Source: Entomortierella parvispora E1425
Taxonomy: Eukaryota; Fungi; Mortierellomycota
Assembly (NCBI GenBank): GCA_020891255.1
Contig: BQFW01000006.1
Location: 1,302,001 to 1,366,000, forward strand
Direction of reading: 5' to 3'
DNA length: 64,000 bases
Part shown: in pieces, positions 33,893 to 46,853 of the stretch
How positions within the stretch are numbered: position 1 is the stretch's first letter
How the letters are laid out: each line of letters begins with the position of its first letter
Program-made: the position numbers and the translations under genes
Notes under the pieces: model-generated
The model's database searches: none
Seen by the model: only the letters and a program-made list of their open reading frames with translations
What the model was told of the DNA's origin: nothing

Positions 33893-36800
33893 ACGAAAGT
33901 ACTCAACTTCGTCAAGCTAGGGCCTAAAAAAAGGGGGGGAGCAAACTTCTGCTTTTGAGCCAGCGTGAATAAACAGTTGCAATCGATACCTATGGCATAA
34001 AAGACAAGATCAATGTATCTACATGAGCGACAATGGGCGAACGACAATAAGCCAAGAGAGAGAGAGAGGCTTTCAGATTTAGCGACAAGAACAGGACGCA
34101 AAAGACCTTCAACGACAGAATCCAGAGACTTCCTGGTTGATGAAATTCCTCTTTCAGCTGGTGATAAACTTGACATCAGTAGCCTGCTAAGTACATGCAT
34201 TCTTCTCTCGAGGGATTGGATCTCGTGGGACTGGTTTGAACTCTCGAAGCGGCGCTTCCTTGACCAGCTCAGGGAGGGGGGCCAGTTTGGGCGATGTGCC
34301 AGATGGGGAACTGTCCTTTCTCCGGCCTATTTTGGTCGACCTACCTGGGCACGGGACGATTCTCGTCTCAAGTTGGAAAAGGATGTTCGTCAGAGACACC
34401 GCTCTGAGAAGAAGAATAGCTTTGCCCCAGCCATCGCTCAACGTAAGTTTTCATTTAAAGAGTTTTATTGTCGGTCGCTTCTCAGCAGGGGGTAGGAGAG
34501 AAGTCGACACTGATAGCCCAATGCTTTGACTTGAACCGCGGAATTTTTTTCATGTTTTTGAGTGCGGGACATCGAAGCTCAAAACAATGCGGCTTTGGGC
34601 GTGGATCCAACTCATAATCTAGGGGTTCTCCTCAATCGCGGGCGAGGACGACATGCAACTCTTAGATGTGTGGCGGCCTGTCAAGGTGATGGAGATCACA
34701 CTCTGTCTATTGCCAAGGATGTTCAGGAGACAAGCAGAGTCAGCCATGCTCGAGCGAGAACATTTTTGATCAATGCGAAATCTCTGTTTGGGAACAGGTG
34801 TGTGTACCATTCAGCTCTCATGATCGTTTCCTTCCGTTGTGTAATCCAGCTCCCGGAACCCCTCAATTCCTATTTTCTTCTTTGTGGGGTCAATGCGAAC
34901 AACCCCATTCTGATCTGAGCAACCTGTTCATTTTACGAGACAGCACGGCCAGACTTTGTTTTTGGCATGTGGAGGAAGGGAGGGGAAACTAAGATTCGAA
35001 AACCCTTCTTTCTCCACATGCAAAGAAAAAAAGCTCACTAGTTCTCGGATGCCGGAGCATAGAGTTGAATTAGCTGGGGTTTGTACCCTTTTGACGGCTG
35101 ATTATCTTCTCGGCCAACATTATTGTCTGCCAAGTGATGGGTCCTAATGCTTGCAAGAGAAACAGAAAAACCGAAAGCCAATTTTGCTTCGCCCTGAATA
35201 CGAGAGTTGTGGACCATGTGCTCCGAGTTTTTGAAAAGTCAATCACGGGCGTTCGAACACCACCCTCTTGAGAGTGTCTGATACAAGAGCCAACCAAGAT
35301 TTTTTTTTGGACTCGGGCCATGGCTCTCTTCTTCTCTTTTGTTCTGCACGATTCCATGACATGCTCCAATTGAGTTTTTAACCTACCGGTTGGTTGGTTC
35401 CCTCCCTCTTAAGATCGCGCCCCAATGCTCTCATTACTCTTCACTTGATTCTCTCATCCTGTTTGTGATTCTTTTTATGAGCCATCTTTTTGGTCTGTGA
35501 TAAGAGGCACCCAAATCTTCAGCCCATGCGACAGCTTTTAGGGGTAAAAGAGAGTTTAGGCAGTGGAATGACGCCTTCCCACTATCTTTTTTTTTCTCAC
35601 GAGCATTTGCAAAATTCATGGTATTGCTGAAGGGTTTGAAGGGAGAAGCAAAGAATTGTTGCAGGAGGAGGGACCATGTGTCTTCGTCTGTGATGTATAC
35701 TGATCTATTTGTGCGACTGGCTCAATGTATTCTTCGATGCGTGAAATGGTTCATTTTGAGCCTCTTATCGCCTCTCTTTCCGCCTTCAATCCAATAGAGA
35801 GGTCCCGGGCAAGGAGTGGTCATCGAAACTGTCCAATGGTTCAAGGGGTCCCTCCCCATGCCTTGGTTTGGTTGGGCCAATTTGCCTTCGATGTGACATT
35901 CCTCAAAACGAGTGGTCAATATGATCTTTAGTCTGCTGTGGTGTAATTTGCGCATCCGACACAAAAAAAAAAAAAAACACGGACACACGCCATCTTTCAT
36001 GTCCAAGTCGAGCGAGACTGATCGCCAATAGAACCTAGCCCCACGTCCCTTTCTCGTTCGTTCTAATGTTCATTGCCAGAACAACTACGGAGCTCTCAAG
36101 ATGATCAAAGGAAAAGGAGCCAACCACGAGAACAACGATAAAGCGCAGCGTGGGAGAACCTACGAATTGACCAACGATCGTCTAGACCCTTTCTCTTCTA
36201 TTTGGATGCCCTCGAATAGGTCATGGTTCTCCGAGAGGATGTGCGCTCTCGGCACAATGGTTGGTTAGTTCAGTTGCATGTGTTCTCAGATTTGCGGGCT
36301 ACCAAAAAAATGAGGTCGATGGTTCCGCCCTTGCTCTCCACGGAAGAAGAGGGCAAAGGAGGGTGACAACAATCTTCATATTTTGCATCCATTGTGCATT
36401 GTGCTACCGACCTTTGTTCACAACAGCACTTTCCCCTTCAGCTCAGGGCTCAGACTGTGTTTTGAAGGAGTGAATAGATATAATTCTTATCCAAGTCGGA
36501 CCCAGGATAATCTGCCAGGATACCTGGATAGGCCGCGAGCGGGCGGGTATGGATCCTATCTCCATTATTGTTTGGGGAAAGAAGGAAAGAAGAGAAAATA
36601 TACTGGGGTCCTACAGAAGGACGGGTTTGCTCTTTGTTCGATGAAACTGACCAGACCGACCGTCGTGTGGATACCTTGACATACCTGTCTATCGCAGTAT
36701 CTAAACTTCAGACTAGAGTAAATCAACCTTTAGCGTTTTTTTTTTTGACTGACAAAGAGTTGGACTTTTGGTCGCAGGTTAATTAATAGCCTTTGAGAAA

Positions 36801-39800
36801 GGACAATCGCCAGGCACTTTGGCGATCGCCGACAAAAAAAGGCGGACAGGCGAATGGGAACTTGAGCAATGGGTCAGAAAAACGGTGCCCCTCCGGGGAC
36901 GATGAAAAAAAGGGATACAGTACGCACATACAGGTACATATACATTGAATGAGTGACCCGCCTTGACTTGACTCAAGGGTACTGTTTCTTCAAACGAGAT
37001 ACATGGATGTATCATCCAACACTACAGTCGGTCACAAGGGCGGGCGCTTTGGCATGTGTAGTATCGGTTGTGGGAGGATGAATGGTCGGCATGTGGAGTG
37101 TGTCAGCGCGATGGTTTGCGGGGGAAGATTCCTCTTCTATTGTGCTAGCTATTTGCCACTGTCTGTCCACTGAACCATTTAACCCGTTCATGATCATGTC
37201 ATCAAGGTCCATCTTACTTCCAAAAGCACAGCTTGAACGCTAAAGATAGATCGGGACTACACCACGTCGTTGTCTTTCACTGCTGGGGTTCGAAGTTTGA
37301 ACGTCGCCTTTCTCTTTATTTATTTGACAGGGCCCAAAAAACTGATGGAGGCTTTTTTCCAATTCCGCCAGACGACGCCGGTCACTTCTGGCCCCTCGAA
37401 ATCAATTGGACCCGATCAGCATCGTTTATTCCTGTCCAACTGCACCCCCTCCCCTGTTTTCTTCAGATGCACATACACACACAAAGGAGAAAAGATTACA
37501 CAACGGCATGTTGAAAGGTGGACAAAACGAGGGTGGCACGGCGATCGAGTGATTATAATCGGCCCCATCAAACTTGCTGGGGAGAGGAACGATGGTGCGG
37601 ATAAGCCCTCTTCTCTCTACTGTTGTTGTTTTATTATTGGCTTGTGTGCACCCGCCAAGGGGCTAGTCCACATGCAGTAACACTTGTCATATGTCTGCGC
37701 CTGCCCAATGGTTGTCTTCGGGTGGAAATGAAAAGGGAAGCTCGACCCTCTTGACTTCTTTCGGTGGAGCTTTCTTGTTTGTGCGAGCCAAACAGAGAGG
37801 AGAGTAAACACTATTTCTTTGTGAAGCCTCTGTGGAAGTGACCCAAGAGAAAAAAAAAAGTGGTTACAAACAAAACTCAACTGTCCCTGATGAACAAAAG
37901 TCAACAACAAACAACAACAGTTGTTGTCTATGACTAAGGATGAAAGAGATGGACAAAGAGAAGGGTGCTCGATTTGGTCAGTCGTTTGCGACAATGGCCA
38001 TTGTCCTTTCGGCAGTAGGTTGGGTCAAGGGATACCCAAAGGGAAGGAGAAACCCTCACCTCCCTCACGAGTGTGCGATCGGAGGGAAAAAGATTCTGCA
38101 GTTGGCGCAAGGGAGTCAATTTCTACTTCGGCAGAGGGGAGAGGGTGGCAAGACTATAGGAGACGGAGCAGTTGGCTCCACTTTATTTTGTGTTTGGGCA
38201 CTCTTGATCTTGGCAAGCCTTTGCTTTGCCTATACGATCATTGAAAAAGAGAAATGAATATCTGAATATCAATTGTCATCGAGGGTGCCGAACATGTCAA
38301 AGTATACAGAGCAGTAATTATATTGATACCCCACGCTTGCACTCTCCAACCTACCCACCCACCCACAATCTCTTCTCATCCGCCCTGTCTCTGTGTGTGC
38401 TCTCAATTGAATTGAAAAAGAGGACAACTGAATGTGTACCATACAAAAGTACCCTGACCATATCCGTGTCTCGATGTCAATCTCGAGTGTCATTCTCCTC
38501 ATGGTCGAGAGCACCAACCATCCGTTCATTCAGTTAAAACAAAGCTACCCGCTTTTGCTGTTGACCTGGTTCATGTCACTTCATTTCCCTTGCTGAGCTC
38601 CGGCCACCCTTTCTTTTCCGCTTTATCTCATCCTCTTTCTTTCTCTCCCCTCTTTTTTTTTCTTCTTCAACCCTCATCCCCCACTCCATTGACCACGCTG
38701 TTCATACAATCTTATTGCCCGCCAACAACATCTCATCACACCCTCATCCCCACATCCTCTCCGTTGCGTCAATAAACCATATTACTCCCTTCGCCCTCCT
38801 CCCCTTTCGAGCACCACAACCCTTGTCGACCACTCAACAACTCACCCAAACAGTGCCCACCACCAAAGCAACTTGTAAGCATCCCCACAACCTAGCAGAT
38901 CGCGATTCTCTTATTCTCTTTTGGGCCCGCGATGTTGTTTTGCTTGTGCGTGTCCCTGTCGCCCTTTTCTGCCCCTGAACAACACCACGTTTTTTCTGCT
39001 ATCTGAACACCTTAAATTAAGCCTGTGTCAGACATGCCCTGGTTCCTGAATTCGTGTCTTATTTTTCGAGTGGTTTAACGGTGCCTGACCAGATTGGACT
39101 CGATCTTGCCTTCAGACAACAAAACCTCTCCCCAACTGAATGGAGAGACAGAGTGTGTGGGTGATATTCGTCCCTGTACTTCGGCATAGAAATTCAGGGA
39201 CGGTGTTTCTTTTCGGTGCCCGTGTTTGTTGTCTTGTTATCTATCCTTGATCTGAGCGGTCCAAGAGCCGCCCTGCGCCGCGCCTCTGTGAGTTCATCCG
39301 CTCTCTGATCTTCCATTTCCCTCCCCTCCCCTCTCCACCTCAATTCCCACACCTCAGACGACGACCGTTCTTTTGAATTTACCTTTCATTTGACTGTGTG
39401 ACAAACACCTATTGCGACATCCGCGGTGCAGGGGCACTCCTCCAGTGACACTCAATTCCACCTTCGCGAGAGAAAAACAAAAACATTCACACGACGCTCA
39501 CAGTGTCACCGTCGTCGTTTTTAATCTCTTTTTCTTTCATCGACACCTTCTGTCGACAGACTGAAAAAGAGAAAAAGAAACTCAGCCAGCAGGACCCAGC
39601 CATCCGAGGAGAGGAGCACTTGGTCCCTGTCGGTTTTGACCCTTCGACTCTCTCATGGTCTGATTTTGTTCGTCGGGGAACCAAGACAGTGACTGAGAGC
39701 GATGATCTTCTTGAGGATGGACGACCAAAGAGAAGAAGAACGCCAATACACAGCTGCACCTGCTTAGAAGTGGTATTAAACACTCTCCATTTGACCGAAA

Positions 39801-40419
39801 CTCTGTTGCTCCTTCTATCTCTGGATGGTCTGCGTTGAGACACGCCTTCCCTCTTCACTTCCCCTGGTTGTCCCTTCCATTTTCTTTTTATCTTTTTTGG
39901 TTCCGTTACCCGTAAAACAGAGACTTGTTGTCATTCCTGGACGAGCGGAGGCACACCTGAGAGTGAAAAGTCAAAGGCGGGAAAGATCGAGAGAATGGCG
40001 GGGAGGCGCAAGCTGTCAGCCCTTGAGTTGTGCTCCCGTGCATTGCATGTGCATACAGTCTCTCGACTTGTGCACCCAGCCATTGACGCCGACATCCCTC
40101 CAGCCCACTCAAAGAAACTCGGGCACCCTTCCCGGCGGGTTTTAATTTCTTGCTGCTCCATTTGGCTCACTTTCCAGTGCATTTCTGGGAAGGCCCAGAC
40201 TGCGGTCCTTATTTTGCATCCGAATTGAGTCGACAAAGAGGGCAAAGTTTACAGTGGACTAACCCAGCATGGCCATTTTTTTTCTTTCCCCCCAATAGCG
40301 TTCAGCCAACCATTACAAAACTCTTCGGCCGTCCGTTCTTTCTCTTTCGTCTCTTCTCTTCTTCCTTTCCTCCACAAATTCACTCGCGGTTCAACAACAC
40401 TATTGATCTGTCTGTTTGA

Positions 40420-42861
40420 ATGACTGTCGCTGTCACGCCCATGGACCAAGGGACCTTTCAGATTCTACACCAGTCTGCCCCCGAGATTGCTTTTGAGGAT
40501 ATCGAGCACATCATCTTTGATGCTCATATCCCTGGCCGTTATGGCAACATCCACGTTGGACGCTGGCAAGGACATGAAGTTGAGATCCGTGAGCCTTTTG
40601 GCGATCTTGCCACAGTTGAACGAGAGGTCCGATTGCTCTACAAACTCGGTAACCATTGCCCTCAGATCTTGAAGCTGCATGGATTCACGGTCGAACCGGG
40701 CACAGGGATTGCCTACTTGGTGGTTCAACACAACGAACACGGAACATTACACTCGTACCTGCTCAACTTCCATGCACACTTGACCTGGCCCGACCGGTAT
40801 AACCTGGCCATGGATATCGCCCTGGGTCTGAGGTATCTGCACTACAAGGGATACCGACACCGACACTTGCACTCTGCTAGCGTCTTGATCGATACCAATG
40901 GATCCGCAGTCCTCTCAGACTTTGGATCGACCAGGGACTCGGAGGTGATCTCGTCCAGAGAACACACCGCACGGATGGGATACATTGCTCCCGAGCGCCT
41001 GATCAAAAACGGTACCCGCTACTCGATCGAGTGCGACATCTATTCGCTCGGCATGGTCTTCTGGGAGATCGCATCTGGTCGTCCTCCATTTGAGAACCTA
41101 ATCATGGCTTGCAATCCCCATGACGGATCCTTGATGAGTCTGGCTCAGAACATCATGGCCGGACGGAGAGAAAAACCTGTGGATGGAACGGACCCTATCT
41201 TCGAGGACCTTTACACGCGCTGTTGTCATGCCAACCCCTTGGAGAGACCCTCAATTGATTGGATCATCCAAACCCTTGGCGTCCTTCTAAAACAGCCCTC
41301 AGGAAACCTTCACCGAAAAATTGAGGATCTTAGTCTTGGTAACGTTGGTCGATGCTGACGTTAGGACTATTCTTTACACTTATTCTTGCTTGCTTACCAT
41401 GTCTCTTTACTTGTTGTGTTGTATATAACAGAAGATCAGCCCAAGAAGCCTGCCTATTCCGCCAAAGCTTCCTCTCGCGACTCTCATGGATCTATTGCCT
41501 CACGTTCAGTCAAGTCCTCGCGCTCCGGCTCAATTGACAATGAGAGAGATATGCCCAGCCCCATGGTCCGATCCCGCGAACTTCACATGACGCCAAGAGA
41601 AGGAGAATACCTCCATAGTAACGGGTCTGGATCCACTATTCCTCCTCCCATCCCACCCGTCTCCCACCGACGCAAAATGTCTGCTGTTTCCTCCATGGCC
41701 CCCTCTATGCGCTCCATGTCTATCAGCAGTGGAAGCTCAACAGGATCCTCCAGTGGCGCTAGCGGACCAACTATCCCTGCCAGGGACTCTCGACGTGTCT
41801 CAACTCTGTCTTCTGTCAGCTCGATCGAGATGCCCAAGTACGATGCCGCTTCTGTTCCAGTCCCCAAACGAAACCGCTCTCTGACAATTTGGGAGGCCTG
41901 TCAGGAGGGCAATGTGGAGCTGGCGGAGCACTTTATTCTGGCCAACGGCGCCAACCCCAATGCACTGATTTCCTTGCCTCCTTATTCCATGTTGGCTGAG
42001 GTGGCGCCTCTTCACGTTGCTTGCTTTTACCAACCCGAAAACCTGATGGCTATCCTGCGCGTCCTGCAGCGCCATGGGGCAGTCATGCAACTGGTCACCA
42101 CCATGACTCACCAGTCGGCCCTTCACATTCTCTTGGAACATGCCACTAACTACGATCTTGCCCTGGAGGCCTGCCGGTTCCTGATGGTCGATTGCAAGTT
42201 ATCCGTGAACGACCAGGACAACAGAGGCGTGACTCCTTTCCACAAGTTTCTCAAGAATCCCCACTTGAGTGCTCGTCCCTCCGTAGCTGGATCCGAGTTG
42301 TTTACGCTCTTGAGGGAACGCGGTCAAGCTAACTTGCACATCGAGTCGCACCACGAGGGCAACGCGCTGGGAATGGCAGCTCGGTATCTGAGAGTGGATC
42401 TGTTGAAGCTGTTCCTTCTCACGGATCTGGCTTCATCGGACCCACGGAGTCTTGGATATGCCCTGAATCAGGTTGACCAGCCATTGTCCGAGACGAGACC
42501 TTCCAAGAGCTCTCAAGATCTCTGTCGATCCATCCTGATGGAGTGGACGGGCGAGAAGGGTGAAACAAAGCGGATTCAAATGGCGGAGAGAATTCTCGAG
42601 CACCAAGGCTTGGCCGCGCCTCATTCGCCTCTCAACACGTCCTCATCTCTTCAATCAGCTGCACCTCCCAAGGCACGCAAGCAGAGCATTGGTTTGCTGA
42701 GCCTGGGAAAATCCAAGAAGTCCTCAAAGGAGGACCATCCGCCCGTTCCTGCCGTGCCCACAAAGGCCACCAGTGATGTGGATACCGCCAGACGTATCCT
42801 CCAGAGCACGGTGGCCAAACAGCAAAAGCTCAAACACTTTATGACCCAATCTGGCTTTTAG
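40420..42861 (+). CDS. TKL-like pseudokinase with C-terminal ankyrin repeats, ~782 aa; join(40420..41338,41432..42861)
   Basis: Kinase fold motifs (GRYG, EREV, DIALGLRYLH, SDFG, YIAPE, DIYSLG..FWEI.SGRPPF, RPS) and ankyrin-like repeats (IWEACQEGNVELAEHFILANGANPN, PLHVAC, DQDNRGVTPFH). A phase-1 GTAACG/CAG intron joins the two ORFs. Confidence 0.88.
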
Positions 42862-45403
42862 GAAATGTATCCCTTCGGGACGTTTTGTATTTGCCTATCA
42901 TACCCTCCACGCTCGACCCTCTCTTCACGTTTTTTTTTTTTCGTGTTTTGTAAATATCATTTTTTTCATAGTGTATAGTTCTCTTCCTTTCTTTGCCCTT
43001 TCTACCCCGCCCATTCATTTCACTTTTACCCTTACACGCACGCACACACACACGCACCAACAACAATAGCAATCCCCAGCATCTGATCACGTACCCGACA
43101 CACTCACACAGACATATAAATACATCTTGCAACGTTTTTTTTTTTTTGCTGCTCTCAGATTTTATAAAAACATCAAACGGTTAGATAATCCACCCACCTC
43201 CTTGCTTGGGCTTTGTTGATCTAAGGAAGTGGATGAATAGCGTCGTGCCGTGAAGAAGCAAATAAGAGGGAAATAGAGAGAACCGTGGACCATGAGCACG
43301 ACGTCCATGTGTGTGTGTGTGTGTGTGGGTGGGTGTGTGTCTGTGTGTGTCAAGGAGACCCAAGCGTCAAAACTGTGAATCCAACTTTTTTCTTTTTCTT
43401 TCCGCCGCTCAAAAATCTCTGCAGGCGGACGGGGCGTTTGTTTGTTTGTTGCTGGGCCCACTCCATCTAAACCACAACCGCCAACCCTTTTTTCTTTTTC
43501 TGTTTTCCGCACCGACCTTGGGGCTACAATGTTTGAGCACAACAAAGCATATACTCATCTAAAGTACTGTATATGTACCATGTATCAAGTATAAACTTAC
43601 AGGGGGGAGGACACCTGGTCTTGCGCGCGATTTTGCATGCCGCTGCCTTGCACACATTGGGGGACGCGCTGTGGTTTTTATATTTCCATCATGATCTCAC
43701 CTTCTTCCATGTAGCTCATGACTTTTCTCACCCATACCATCCCCCCTTGGCCATCATTCATGGTCTAACAGGGCCCCTATCACCGAATTCATTCTTCTCG
43801 TCAACACTCACTGAACGCGCGCCTTTTTTTATTTTTTTTTATTTTTTTTTTTACACACGGGAGACGCGTGGTACACGCGCGCGAATGGACCTCCCCTCCT
43901 CCCCCTGGATACACAAACAATTGGGAGATGGACTAAGGAAAGGAAAATGTGAAAGGAACCCTCGTTCCTAACCCCTGACCCCCTTGTTTATTTCCAACCT
44001 CCTTGCAGCTCAGAAACATGATCTTTGTCCGTTTCTTTTTTTCTTTTTTTTTTCTAATCGCGAAATCATTGGTGGGCCATTGCCAGTTTGTCTATTGGTT
44101 GACCCAGCACCATTTGACAAACGGCCGTTCACAGGCCCTGTCCTCCACCGCCATCTTGCTAGCCATCAGAGCGACAAGTCTCCCATTTTCAGCCTCAGTG
44201 GGTAGCTTTTGTGTGGAAGAGCAGCGAAAAAGGACCCCTGCCTCTTTGTTTTCAGGAAAGACGACATTCTGACAATCCAAGGAATCTCTGGAGCTGCATG
44301 CCCTGCACCATCTTTCCTCCACCCCTTTCTCCTCCTGTTGACTCCTTCCCCTTGAATTCTTTCATTCTTCGCCTGTACCACTGGTAAGTCCACTCTCTTT
44401 TTCATAGATCAAGAGTGCGGTGCAGGTCAGGATCGCATCTACGTCCCCTGTCTTTGGCCCATGCCATTGTCAGTCTTCCTTTGGGTGACCCTCAGCATCA
44501 GGGTCTGGCAGCCCTCGTATCCGAGGCTGTGCATGGTGGCTCTATCAATGTTTGTTTAACTGGCGCCGGGCACGGGTGCTGTTTTGAACTTTGGCTGGAA
44601 AAAAAACACAGACGATACAATCGACTTCAATTGCCCTTTTCCTCGTTTTGTTGCATCGACAATGACCCTGTTCCATCCCTCTCAGCAATGATGACAAGGC
44701 AACAACGACGTACAACGACAACATAAACATCACTAACAATAAACAACGACACACTGAAGTGTCATCGTCCATTGACCCCTCTTTTTTTATGGTCCTTTCC
44801 CCCACCTTACCTCCTGGTCCTCCTGTCGAACTCCTGTACCCTCCTTTTTTGCAGTCCCTTGCTCTCGTTCTCTTTCTCTTTCCTCCTCTCTCCCCTTCCG
44901 TTCCCCTTCCACTCCTCCGTTTCCCACATCTCCTAAACATATCGGTCACCCCCACTAACTTCTGCATCCCTCACTTTTATCTCTGTCCATTCTTTCTGCT
45001 CTCCTTATTGTTGCAGCCCAATCCACCCGCTTTCGTTTTCCCTTAACTTCTTCTCTCTGTTCTTTAGCCCATCGTCCCTGCACTTGAATCTCCGTGACAT
45101 CCCTTTCCACCTGGCTGCACTACCTGGCCATCTGCACTTTGACGAACCCTCTCAACCCTTTTTTCACTCCTCCTCCCTTCCTCTATTTCCTCCTCTCATT
45201 TGCTCCTTTTCTTGTCTCCTTTGGCTTCTCTTTCTTTCTTCTTTTCTTCCTGCTTTTGCCTAGTTGCTTCCCCTTGTCTTTTTTATCTCTCCCTACTAGA
45301 AAAGTAAACCGAGCTTTCAGTGATCTCCTCTTTCCCTCGAGAAACAGCCGATCATCCTTCCTACCAACCAACGCGACGCGAGAACACCTTGCGCCTTTTC
45401 TCT

Positions 45404-45438
<35 letters not shown>

Positions 45439-46853
45439 ATCTGGCGACCAAAAAGCCGCGAGGTACGTATCCCACACTCCATGCATCCACACAGCAACCA
45501 CAGCCTCGCCATGTCAAAGCCTGGCTTTCTCAAAGGCGGCCATGCCCCACGTCATCTTCCCCCGACCAACCCATCCTCTGGTCGTCCATACCCCTCGGCC
45601 CTCTCCTCCCTGGCCACCTGTCCCCTGGTTCTGGTTAGATTCTCCATTGATCTGACATTCTCTTCCACCACCAGTGGGATTGTTCCAAGATGTTGGAATT
45701 GGACGAGGGGTTCCCCCGTTCATTTCCTTCTCTATCCCGCTTCCCCTGACTGTGCACACTCCGCCTCTGTTGTCACCCTTCCCAATGGTTCCCTGTACCG
45801 ATCATCGTATCCCAGTCCAGCAACAATAGCAACAACAACAACAGACTCGAGGATGGCGTGAGGAAAAGCCTATAAAGCACTGAGAAGCTGAAGACAGCAG
45901 GATTCATTATCGCACCTTTTTTGTTTGTCCAGTTATCCCCTCTTCTCTTCCTCCGCCTCCTTCTTCTTCTCCCTTTTTTCCTTCTCCCTTGACTCCGCTC
46001 CCTTGCTACTCCTTCTCTTCACCTCACCTCCTTGCAATATCTTGCCCCCTCTCTCCCCCTCCTCTCCTCTACCCCCCCCCACCAGGAGGTTTGACGTTGC
46101 ATTGCGTTGCAGAAAGAAACGACTCAACAGCCTCTAATCTGGGTGGCCCTTCCTCTCTTTTCCACCTCATTTCCTTCTTTTCCCACAGACGAAACTCTCG
46201 TCCCTCTCATCAACTCCTTGTTATCATCCAATTCCTGGGGACAGAAAATTGACACGATTCTCTGGAAACAAAGAAAGGCAGACCAAAAAGAAAAAGAAAA
46301 AAAGTAGGCCTTGGTAGCAGACAGATCGTGAGGGGCTTTTGATTGCAGGGAAACGAGAGATCTAAGGACCTGTTCTGATGTCCTTGCATTGCACCGCCCT
46401 TTTTTTCTTTCCTTCTTTTCTTCTTTTTTTTCCCTTTTTCCCACCTTCGTTATTCTCCCAACGTATTTTTTTTCTCGCTCTCCTACTCACGTAACCGTGT
46501 TTCCTGACCTTTTGCCTGCTACCCTCCATTGACAATTCGTTTGTGTCATCTTAGCCCCCCCCCCCTCATCATCTTTTTTTGGAGAAAAAAAGGTAATCGA
46601 ATCATAACGGTAGCATTGGGATTGGGACAAACAGGGATCGCAGGGGGCTGGCGAGGGGAGAAATAGAACAAAAACGATCGAGTCCCTCAAAACACAGATT
46701 GACGCGAGTGGAACGCGTCGCGTCCGTCTCTTCCAAAGACGCTAACCGGCTCAACTCTTTGTCTCCATCCCTCTAGACGTCCTTTTATCAACTCTACCAC
46801 ACCTGCCACCCACCATTGCCATCACTGTTCCCAACAGCAACCTCTTTGACTCT

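Noticed and set aside
33700-40400. Coding-like fragments in the gene-poor stretch (34562..34918, 35070..35369, 35722..36006, 37012..37212, 39503..39838)
   Set aside because: No motifs were recognised and no consistent splice model could be built. They may be decayed pseudogene or UTR sequence, but cannot be supported without a homology search.
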